NCBI GenBank assembly: GCA_032718475.1 | Contig: JAUCBJ010005359.1 | Span: 1 to 64,000, forward strand | DNA: 64,000 bases | Reading direction: 5' to 3' | Origin: Nemertoderma westbladi | Taxonomy: Eukaryota; Animalia; Xenacoelomorpha | Shown here: in pieces, positions 40,401 to 52,400 of the stretch | How the letters are laid out: each line of letters opens with the position of its first letter | How positions within the stretch are numbered: the first letter of the stretch is position 1 | Notes under the pieces: generated by a model | Databases searched by the model: none | What the model was told of the DNA's origin: nothing | Seen by the model: only the letters and a program-made list of their open reading frames with translations | Translations under genes and position numbers: made by a program

Positions 40401-43400
40401 AAACCAAATTGCATTACCGGTACCGCTCAATAAAAATAATTCTTTTTTTTTAATTAACATTTAAATTTATATTTAAATAAAATCCATATTACCGTATCTT
40501 AACAATAAAACTTTTTAAAGGATATTGTACCAAACACTTAGGACATCTGTAGATTATTTATTATATAGTGTAATGATTTATTGACAATAAAGAAATTAAT
40601 TAGCCAATTAGACCTGATAGGCTTCTGTTCCTCAATATTGTTATAAACGTTTGTTGATATTTTATAGACCCACGGACTATCGACAAGTTGTCTTTGTTAT
40701 GTTATTGTTTATGTTGTAAAACATATGTTTAGTTAGGTACGCCAGTACGGTGCTACAGTATCGTGATTAGTGTTAATTATGGTTAGTTGGCGTTTTTATA
40801 TACATAATATATATATATTATACGGATATTAGTGGAAATATACATTTACACTGAGACAGAATATCGTGGTAAGTTGTGGTTATGGAATACCCGTGGGTAG
40901 AGTTGTGGAATATTATGTAGAAATTTAAGATTTGTACATTATTATAGTATTGCACTTTGTGTGCAGCACCAGTCAGACTGGACATTGATTATTTAATAGT
41001 AGTGATCAATAATAATGAAATATCTGTGGGAGCAATCTATAATCTGCCTGCTATATCGTAGCTGCACATTGAGATGCTATGCTGGCTTAAAAAAAATCAG
41101 CTCTCGGGGCAAATATACCCTGATTTGCCATTCCACAGCACAGGGCGGGTGTCGCAGTTCAGGAAGATATGGGGCCCATCACCCATCCCATACCTACTCT
41201 GAAGCACGTGACCCACCATTGGCTATGCAGCTCATCTGCTGGGCCATGCCCTGTACCCCCAGGTGAAGGTCGCAATGGAGTGCACTCAAATTGGACATGG
41301 GAACACTATACCCCTGCAGCCGAGTATATGGGTCTTAACCCAGGACCAATAGCGCAACCAGACCGAAGGAGGTCCTTGTTACAGGGCCAGATTTGCCCTT
41401 AGTAAGAGGGTCCATGTAGCCACAGGTGGGTGGCAGTGCCACCCATCGCGGCACCTCTTTTATACTGCATGGAGGTGGCAAGTTTTCTGATCAGTGACCT
41501 AGAATACCTGACCTGATGGAAAGTGACCCCGAAACGGTCTGTACGGCGTTGGCATGGGTCGCAGCGGAATGGTTTCACCACTATCATCAATGATGAATAG
41601 TTGATTAAGCAGGGCTTGGCGTAACCAAAACCCGGCCTCACTTTTAGCTCAGTAATTTTTGTATAATTTTAGGACTAGGACATATTGATTATTCATAGAA
41701 ATTGTTACAGCCAGTGGTGAAATACATAATATCGGCGAATAGTGAATACCAGATGGAGTGAAAAGCAGTTGGTTGGTCATTGGGGTATTGTTAAGTGTTA
41801 ACGTGGTTGGGGATACGTTCACTCAGCGCGTGAGGTGAGATAGTAAGGTGAAAAATAACAATACTCAACTAACTAAAGTGAATGCAAATGTTTAACCATC
41901 ATATCCATATCGCGATTCGTATAAAGATATATTTCTTTGCTTTTTTTCTCGAAACTATACCTTTTGCGCTTTTGGTGATGGCTTTATGGTCGGTCAAAAT
42001 ATTAAAGTCTGAAGGTAAAGTGCAATTGGCTTCAAAAAATTGTTAACCCTCAACAATTAATACTAACATGTAACTCCAACTCCCACAAACAACTCACCGA
42101 ATATAGGTTCCACATCGAGGTCTAGCTTTAAGGAAGTCGCTTTAATGAGGAGTCTATACCCGCCAGCCACGACGTCCCGAGGGGGTATGGCTAACGGTCG
42201 GATTTCGCAACGAGCCGAATGGTCGGACAGCAGCGGATTGGTCAGCGCTAACAGCTCCGGATGTCTGTCATAGCGGCGGCGTTCCGTGTTACATTGGTCC
42301 AACTCGTCCGCTGTAAGGAGCAATATTACGTTGATAACTCAAGTCGTGGCACAATATTAATACTCTTTCCGTAGTGATTCGTTCTGGTACTGTCTGTCCT
42401 GTTACACTACACCCCACCACCCCCCCCCCCCTCCCTCCCCCGCCCACCCATCGCTGAAAATGATTCATGTTAGTAACCATTTTAGTTACCAATTGAGGGA
42501 AAGAAGCAGGTTTCAGAGACAGCTTTTTCAAACCAAAACAATAAACGATGTTTTACCAATTGAGGGTAAGGATCAGGGTACAGAGACGGGTATTTCTAAC
42601 CAAAACAATAAACGATGTTTTTACCAATTGAGGGAAATGAGCAGATTATGGGAAATCAGCAGACGACTCGTACTATTTCGTGTGATACTTATTTTGCGGA
42701 TATTGAGGACTGCGGGAGTCCATGCTGGGCTCTAACTGCTGAGGACACCAAATCTCTGGATGGCACATTCACAAGAATGCTACGCCGGGTACATTGTGTC
42801 AAGTACAATGCACACATCTCCAACCAGACACTATATAACATTGGAGGTGTCTCATTGGTTCCCCCAAGCTTGACACTAGAACAAAATTGCCTCCGCTTTG
42901 CAGGACATTGCTTTCGCCGTGAGGACCAGCCAGTGCATAATCTTGTACTTTGGCAGCCTCATGGAGTGAATAAGCATGGTGGACAGCCCATGACTTTCTT
43001 GAGACGCATCTTAAAGGACACTGGCCTTAAAGATGCGGATGATCTAGCAAATGTCATGGGTGATAGGGTGTTGTGGCGGTGCAATTTTGTTGACAAGCCG
43101 GCACAGCATTCTTAAAAATGCAGCTGCAATGCAGCATGCCGATCCTAGTAGTAGTAGTAGCGGATATTGAGAACATTTGGCAGAATTTTCTACATTTCTC
43201 ACTAGTTTGGAATGCGAAGAATTATCTAACTACGTAGTCAGTAAATCTGAGTTGTTAAGTAAAACGCCTGTGCAAACTAATGCAGGAGGTTAGTAAGGTC
43301 AGTCACTTACCTGGTAGACGGTCCAGTAGACCGGATAACAATTCGTCGCTCTCTGCCTCAGTCAGATCGAACAGACTGGAGGCCCAGGAACCCCTTGGGG

Positions 43401-46400
43401 TCGTCTCTAATTGAAACGAACACTGTCGCTCGATCGAAGTCGGTGTGCCAGCAGACTCGTCCACCTAGTCGTTAAAAACAAATTAAAAATAAGAAATAAA
43501 TCAGAATTCGTGGCAGATTAGGGTAGCGAGGTGGGCAAAACGTAACGACTAGGTCGACATGTCTGTTGCCGTTATTCCTACACCAGGGGGGAAAAAACGC
43601 CGATGCTGGAGACGTGACTTAACAGACCACCGAGCCCCGGCCAGTCACCGGATATTGATTGTGGGGAGGGAATATTTTCTGAGATGCAAGTTTGCGGTCG
43701 AGAAAAAGCTGCATTAGTTGGATATACTCTTTAATGTAACTGAAATCTGTTGAACCTTGATTAAGAATAATTTTGGGCTTCCCCAAATCAATATACACCA
43801 AATATTCACAATAATTATACACGATAATATAAATCCCTACGGTATATTATTTAATAACCCACTGTTCGCTCAGAATTTTAGCCTACCTAATGTTCCCAGA
43901 TTTTCCCTCAGTCCCAGTCTTAGTGCCGTAGTGTCGGTGTCGGTTGACCCTGTCGCGTGTCCGTTCCACCCCTCACGAACCCCGAAGGGAACGATCATCG
44001 AGAACCAGCACGGCTTGGCTAAGGGTCGGTCCAGTCGGTAGACTCTGTCGCGTATCCGTACCACCCCTCTCGAACCCCGAAGGGTTCGGTCATCGAGAAC
44101 CAGTACGGCTTGGCTAGGAGTCTGTCGTGTCGGTGGACCCGTTCGCGTGTCCGTTCCACCCCTCACGAACCCCGAAGGGTTCGATCATCGAGAACCAGAA
44201 CGGCTTGGCTAGGGGTCCGTCGGTTCATCACAGAAACCCAACCACCTAGGCTTTCCGAGTCCGTTTCAGGCTCGTAGTCGCTTCGGCAGCCGAGAAACTG
44301 CTCCGAACAGTCGGTAGGCCAGTAGAGTCTAGTCGAGTCTAGTCCTTTGTCTTTCGACCCCGTCGCGTGTCCGTTCCACCCCTCACGAACCCCGAAGGGT
44401 TCGATCATCGAGAACCAGTACGGCTTGGCTAAGGGGTCTGTCGTCGGTTCCCGTCGCAAATCCCAGTACAAGCAGTCAGCGTTCCGAGTTCTTTTCAGTC
44501 TCGTAGTAGCTGCCGTTGACCAGAGACCGCTAAGGGCAGTTCTCGTCAAACCCGTCCTGTGGCCAGCCCTTTCGCATGTCCGTCCCACCCCTCACGAACC
44601 CCGAAGGGATCGGTCATCGTGAACCAGTACGGCTTAGGTCAGGGGGCAGTCGTTAGTTGGCCACCCGTTCGCGTGTCCGCTCCACCCCTCACGAACCCCG
44701 GGGTTCGATCATCGAGAACCAGAACGGCTTGGCTACTAAGGGGCCGTCGGTGCCCGTCGCAAATCCCTGACACAAGCAGTCAGCGGTCCGAGTTCTTTTC
44801 AGTCTCGTAATGGCTGCTGTTGGCCAGGGACCGCTAAGGGCAGTCCTTGTCCTTTAGGCCTGGCGCATTACCAAATCCACCCCTACAGGCAGCAGGAAGT
44901 TGGCCAGGGCCTAATAGTACTCAGGCTAACCTGAATACTGCTTGCATTTTCCATCCCCCCTGGCCCTTATAACTATGAAATTATTCCCGTACCCTGTAAG
45001 TTGCCCCAAAGTTCGCCCATAAATCGCCCCCAGTTTATTGAATGTGCCCAAAACCCATGGTCCCGCACCCAGTAGTAATATCGGAATAATCAATTTTAAT
45101 AAAATACAAAAATATTCAACTCGCGTTATGGAAAGTTGAAATACCGCGAACAGTCCCCCCCAATGACCTTCGTGAAGTCTGTCGGTCGATTGAGTTTGCG
45201 TAGGTCATTCCCAATATAAAAAACCCAAATTTAATATTGCATAGTTTTTAATTAATTTGGCCTAGAGTTTGTATAAAAATAAATGTTCGATAAATGTTCC
45301 TGGAATATCCCAATCCACTATTTCTTTTTCTGATACGCCTTTCGTCTCTTCGCCCGTCGACTCTCATCGATCGCTATGGCTGGTAGAGGAGCGTCAACAT
45401 CCATCGTGAGTAACGCTTCGGCTTGTCTCCTGGCGGCTCTTCCTTTCGAAGGCATCGGGATCATGTCGGTTCGTCTTTCCAACTCGGAGTTGCGAGCCTC
45501 GAGGAACCACTCTCCGTCACCGAACTCTTCTTTATACGAGTATAATCGTCTAATGACTTCGAATGGGCCGAATAATCCGGCGCTCAGTAGCAGATCCACG
45601 TAATGGAAAGGTAGCGTGGCCGTCGTGTGGAGGCGTTCCGGGAAGGAGAAATATCCGCGCGCCATCTCCTGCGCGATATTCCGAGCGTTTCTCCGAACCT
45701 TGGTCCTTAAGTGGCTGTTTGCGTATGTCTCAAACATGACCATATTGCCCATAGCGGTAACGTCTTTGGTTGGACATTTGATATAGCAGCGGGGGCTAGC
45801 GGAATGTCCACGGAAACCGCACGTGGTGCAGAGGTTATAAAGGATCGGACAGACCGAAACGTCGTGGCCCGATATCGCGCAGTATGGGCAATAGAGTATC
45901 CCGAGGAGCTGGAGGCAAGAATCGGTAACCCGATTCCTTCTGCCGCGTGGGCACTGCTCCGAGCCGCAGTCGCCGCATACCTCCAACTGCATTTCTCGAC
46001 CGGGGAATATCGGAATCGGGACGCCGACGTAGTATTCGAGTCGTCGGTCGCTCTTCGGAATATTCTCGGTGGTCGGTAGCCCGCGGAATGCTAGGCTTTT
46101 GCGTAGTATGTTCTCGCTCCGATAACCCTCTTTGTGTCCCGCTGGTCTCAACTCGGACGACCGTTTCTGGCGGTGGATCCATTCAGTTTGCTCGGCGTAC
46201 CAACGGGTTAGTCGCATAGGGTCCTGAGGAACGGCGGGTGTAGTAGCCACCGCTGGTCGGCGAAGAGGTGCCGGGGTTTTCGACGGAGGGATACCGAGGA
46301 GATCGTCGGGTGTCGGCGCATCGCTGGGGCCTTCCTCGACCAGTATCGCTGAGCGGGTCCGTTGGTGGCTGGTACTCGGAATCTCCGACGACCAATCTTC

Positions 46401-49400
46401 GCCGCCCGGGAAAGGATACGGGGATAACCGTTGGCATATGTCGCCGAAGTCGCTCAATGCAGCTGTAGTGGCTACCTCCCTCGCGGGGCTACCGGAGCCG
46501 CGTGGGGTGTAAACGCCTGCTCTCTTCATCGGTTCGGCCGAGGCAACCCGTTTGGCGGCCGGTCCATACGCGGCCTCCGGCTCGAGTTGTCGCTTCGGGG
46601 TGGAGAGTAGAACACCCTCGTTTAGCCATATCTCTTCCCCTTCCGAGGAGATCAGAGGCTCCTCCGCACCGAGAAGTTCGGTAATCGTAGGGATGTCGTA
46701 AGGTCCGCTCTCGTCCCAGGAATCGATAACGGCGGGTGTTTTCGATTCTCCCGGTGTAATGTTCTCGACCGCTTTAAACGCGTGGTTTATAACCTCGTTC
46801 CAGTCGTAGTCGACGAAGGAAAGGGGGACCGCCGTAATAAGGTTATCGAGAGTTTTACAGATAAACTTAGCGACGGTGTAGCACTCCATAACGACGTAAA
46901 CGTAGTTCCGTCGATCAGGATTCTCCCACCTTTGGTGTATCGTCCACTTCCGATCGACGTCCTTCCATCGACCCTCTCGCTCGCTCTTTATCTCTAATCC
47001 CGGGTATCCGCCGTATATTTTATTATAGTCCCGGTATTTCTGGGGTTTGAAGTTGATACCGCCGTTTAGCACAGCGAGGTAGCCGATCCCGGATTTCGTC
47101 GGTCTCACTTCTTGGAATCCTCGCATGAATTCGGCGAATCTTAACCAGGCTAGCAGCGTTTGAGTGTCGATGCAATGGCTAAGTGCGTTGAGGTCGTTTC
47201 GTCGGTTTCTTCCTGCGGGAGCGTTCGTGTAGTCGTTCCGGACGTCCGCCTTGATATCCGACCCGATTTTAATGACGTCGAAGTCGAAGAGGATCTTTTG
47301 GATTTCCGGAGGCAGCAACCAGATCGCTGCGGCTGCCTGCACTTCCTGTCTGGGTGTCGGGAATATTCGGCACACCACTACCAAACCGTCCAGGGTTCCG
47401 AGGACGACGACTAAGGATCGACCATATTCTTTCGCCCCGTACTTTTCCTGGTAGTCGTCGCGGTTCTGGATAATCGATACGCGTTCCTCTCGAAGCGTCG
47501 CCGTACACTCCGACAGGTTTCCCCAGTGGGCGAGGTACGTACTCTTGTCGTCGACGAAACTTTGACATCTCGCCAACGTAATCGCTTTCGAGGTGGGCGT
47601 CGCGTTTCCCTCGTTGTCGTAGATCAAACATCGGGATCTGTAGACACTCTGCCGGAACGTTTCCCAAAACGACGAATCGTCCCCTCCGGTTGCCTTTGCG
47701 TTCCGAGTTCTTTTCAGTCTCGTACTAGCATCGGCTAACCGGAGGGCTCGTAGATTCTTAGAATCCGGTCCCTCTCGCCCGGTGAATTTAACGTCTCGTA
47801 CGTTCTCATTTAGCAGAGTGCTCCAATTTGTATCAAAGTCAGGGGATCCAGGTTGCGAATATTCCAGTAGATCTATCGTGTTACGTAATTCGCCGATAAT
47901 TTGGCGATTTGGGTCCATATTTACGATTATATCCGTTACAAATTAGTTCAGTTAATTGTAAGTCCAGAAAGTCTGAAACTATAGCGATAGCAGAATAATT
48001 CAGTTTTTTATTTAATTCAGTTTATTAATAACATTGCTATATAGGCATCTATCATCTTATTGCTAATACATTCAGCATTTACAGTTACTATAGCTATACA
48101 TTAATATCCAACCAGTTTTTTATGACTTTTTTGTCCTTTTCTTTTTTCTAATTCTTTTCTTTAGACTTTTTTATACCTTTTTTTTTGTCTTTTTTCATTT
48201 CATTATTATTTCATCTCATTTCATTTATTTCCACATATTTCAACACATTTATTTCCACCATTTATTTCACATTTATTTATTTCCACATCATCATTGGGTT
48301 TATAGCCCCCCGGCTATCATCATTTGTTATAAGCGCAGCACCAGGGTGCGCATCATTTCATTTTCATCAGCATACGCGTCATCATTCAGGTTTATAGCAG
48401 AGTTGTCTGATCCTTTTCATCGTTTCCAACTATATTCAATCATTTTCTTTGGTTAATCTTTGTCGTGGAAGGGGTGTTACGCGGCAATCTGGGATCTACA
48501 GCTGGACTCATTACACCGCCTACGCCCCAAACTGCGCACGTAACGGACAATGACGACGCTGGGAGTGAAGTCACGTGGAATGCACCAGGGACCCACCAGA
48601 ATAACACTCCCAACAACATAAAGCTCAGTCGACGAAGTCATGTGGGATGGGGTTACGCAACATTCTGGGATCTACAGCTGGACTCGTTACACCGCCTACG
48701 CCCCAAAATCCACGCAACGGTCCCACCAGAATAACGCGACTGAGAAACATAAAACCCTCTATCGTCGAAGTCATGTGGATGCACCATGGACCCACCAGAA
48801 TAACGGGATAGAGGGGGTGTTGCGCGGCAATCCGGGATCTACAGCTGGACTCGTTACACCGCCTACGCCCCGAACTGCACACGCAACGGACAACATAACA
48901 TACTGCAATGAATACAATGAATTCCACTTCAAATCTTTGCCATTTCCAATAATCCAATATCGTAGGTCCTGATGACCAAAATCAGGGTAAACAATGCATA
49001 AACGACCCTGCGTCAGTCGAAACATCTGCAGGGTGACGCTGGACTCCACATAACACGCGAGGAAACACAAATACCATTGCGTGGTTACAGTTGGTTTAAG
49101 GGGGGTCCATAACTCATTGTCAGTAAATCACAGTTTAAAAAGAGTTTGTCAACATGATGAGAAGGGTTTAAACACATTTGTCATTGTCACCGATGTCTGC
49201 AGCAGGATCCGTAGTAGGGATCTTATCACCTCTTGTAGAATCACCACTGTCATTGCCTTCAAGAAGGCACAGCTTCTGGATGGGGCGTTGGTAGTGGCCC
49301 GCTTTCGTTCGTATCGTCACAGTCCTCGCAAGTCCGTCTTTGCTTGGGTGTATGGTCACGACCCGCGCCACAGGCCAGTGAACGCGGTCTTTGAGATCTT

Positions 49401-52400
49401 CTTTAACTAGCACCATGTCGCCAACTGCGACGTTCCGGTAGGTGTTGTTCCATTTCCTCCTGGTCCGGAGGGTTATGAGGTATTCCTGGGCCCAAATTCT
49501 CCACCAATGCGCTGCCAACGCTTGGGCCTTTTTCCAGTTTGTATGTTTCGCGATCTCGTTGGGATCCGGGAACATGGTTTCCGGGAGGAGGTGGGTTTTG
49601 GGTCTCCCCAGTAGGTGGTTAGGAGTGAGGGGTTCCAGGTCTGTGGGGTCGTCGCGGATAGGAACAATGGGTCGGTTGTTCAGGGTAGCCGTGATCTCGC
49701 AGAATGTTGTGCGGAGGGTGTCATGGGTTACCCGGGTGTCGCCTAGAGCGACGCGCATGGATCGTTTCACTAGGTCGATCAGTTTCTCCCATACCCCGCT
49801 CGTATGGGGTGCTAAGGGGGTCTGGAAGTGCCACTGTATCTGGTGTTCCTTCCAGACTTGGGATGCAGTGTTATCGGTAAACCATCCCTCGATCGCCTCT
49901 CTAAGTTCCCTTTCTCCTCCCACAAAGTTTGTACCATTATCGGAATACATGTGGCGGCATGTCCCGTTGTTTGCCACGAACCGACGCAGAGCGTTGATAA
50001 ATGCGTGTTGTGTCAGATTTACCACGATATCTAGGTAAATTGCCCTAGATCTTAGGCAGGTGAAGATGGCTCCCCAGCATTTGATGTTGGATCGTCGTTC
50101 AATAACCGTGAACGGTCCGAAACAGTCCACTCCGGTGACGTAGAATGGTGGGGAATCCGCTTGTAGACGGGTGGCTGGTAAGTCGGCCATCTTTTGGGTG
50201 ATTGGTGGCGCTAGGTAACGTCTGCAGGTGAAGCAACGTTTCAACACTTTCCGGATCAGTGGCTGGATGTGGGTGATCCAATATCTTTGTCTTATATTAG
50301 CTATAATCCAATTCTGTCCTGCGTGGTGGTTGTCCTCGTGGCATTGTAGAATTAATAGCTTAGCTAGTGTCGACGTTCCGGGCAGGAGCGCCGGGTATTT
50401 AACCTCATATTCGACCGGGGCGTTTGCCATCCGGGTATTCAGTCGGATCAGTCCGTCCTCTCCCATCATTGGTCTCAGTTGGTAGACTGGGCTGTCCGGT
50501 TTCAACGTTTTGCCCGCACTAAGTTGTTCCCATTCATCGGGGAAACTTTCTTTCTGGACATATCTGACAATACACTTCTCCGCAATAATGAGTTCTTGTA
50601 TATTCCGTTGAACTATCGGTTTGTTGTTTTTCCACCGTAGGAAGTTGCGAAGGGTTATAACGTGATAGACGAGCCGTCTCATGGATGAAGTTCGCTCGAT
50701 CAACTGATGTAAAGACGCCGCTAGTTGAGTGATCGTCGCGACGTTATAGTGCCTGCCCGAGTCCTTTGCAGGCTCAGTCAGGCAACTATAAATTTCCACC
50801 GCGTTGCTTCGATGGATTTTACGGATCTCTTTATCGTCCTCGGAGTATTTTCCACTATCGAGTTCGGGGTCGAATCGGGTACTCCATGTCAACTGTGGCT
50901 GCCGTAGGAATTCCGGGCCTGTAAGCCAGAGTTTACTTTTACCGAGTTGTTTTGGGGTGGCGCCTCGGCTTGATAAGTCCGCTGGGTTTTCCTTCCCGTT
51001 CACGTGATGCCACTGTTCTCGGCCGGTACACTGTTTAATCTCCGTGGCTCGGTTTGCAACAAACGTGGTGTGACGCCGTGATGGAGAGTGGAGATAATAG
51101 AGAACTATACTCGAATCTACCCAGAAGTGTTGAGATTCTATGGGGATCCGTAGGTTCCGCATGGCCATGCGATTCTGTCTTACTGCCCAAACTGCAGCTT
51201 GTAGCTCGAGTCTCGGAATCGTTGCTACGAATTCCCCGGATACTGTCTTTGCTTTGGAGAATAAGAAGCTTGTATCGCCGTTACCATCGCTACTTAGTCT
51301 CCGTAAGAAGGTTACTACGCCGATTCCGGTATTTGAAGCATCCGAAAAGGTGTGGAGCTGGAAGATATCGGTGGGCAGTTTATCGAGGAAGAACGGTCTA
51401 GGTTTCCGCATAAGATGTAGATGTTCGAGCTGCTCCGTCCATTTTCTCCATTTGACGCTAAGGTATGGGGGAAGCTCTTCGTCCCATCCCAGTCCTTCTA
51501 TCCACATTTCCTTAATTAGGTTCATTCCGGCCAAGGTTACTGGAGATATGAAATTTAGTGGGTCGAAGATTGCGCTTTTTATCGACAAACATCCCCTTTT
51601 TGTCATAGGCTTGGGTAGGGGTTTATATTTGAAGATGAATTCATCTGATTCTATGTCCCATTCAATCCCGAGTACACGATGTTCCACATCCTCCGAATAC
51701 ATCTTGTTATTTTCCAGCCGGATGTCCTCCGGAAACTTTTCCATAAGTGTTTTGTCGTGGGATCTGAACTTCACGAGTGGAAACCCTCCTTTCTTTAGAC
51801 ATTCTACCATCCCCATTGCTAGCTGATACGCCTCATCTACATTATCCGCGCCGGCGCATCCGTCGTCCACGTAGAAGCATCGTCGAATGGTTTCTATGAC
51901 GGTTGGAGGGAACTCGTTTTCGCACATGGTTGCCGTCCTCTTTAGCATGTCACTGCATGCTACCGGCGAGTCCTTAGCGCCGAAGATCCTGACGACCATA
52001 CGCATTACGTCTACGTCCTTTATCGTGAGTTGGCTAATCTCCTGTTGAGTAAGCGTTTTATCCGTCCATAGGATACGTAGACAGTCCGAGTCTCTTGGTA
52101 ATGTACGAACTTGATGAAACATGGCCTTGATGTCACAGGTGAATGCTACCCGGTTTTCCCTGAACCTAATCAATACGCCGATGAGTGTGCTATATATGTT
52201 GGGTCCCGTATAAAGTTGACTGTTTAGGGATTCGCCCTGGTATATAGCGGCAGCATCATTTACCACTCGGATTTTCCCGCCTTTGCGGGCTTCTACTACA
52301 TAGTGGGTCGGGAGATAATATGTTCTTTTACCACCTTGCAGTTCGTTCCGTGGTACCATTTCTGCTAATCCATCATCGAGATATCCTTGGATTACGGTGT

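Noticed and set aside
41505-41550. Hammerhead-like CTGATGG...CGAAACGGTC motif
   Set aside because: Core mismatch and no stem II pairing.
45318-47918. Extra ORF as an envelope gene
   Set aside because: No evident signal peptide, fusion peptide or C-terminal TM anchor.
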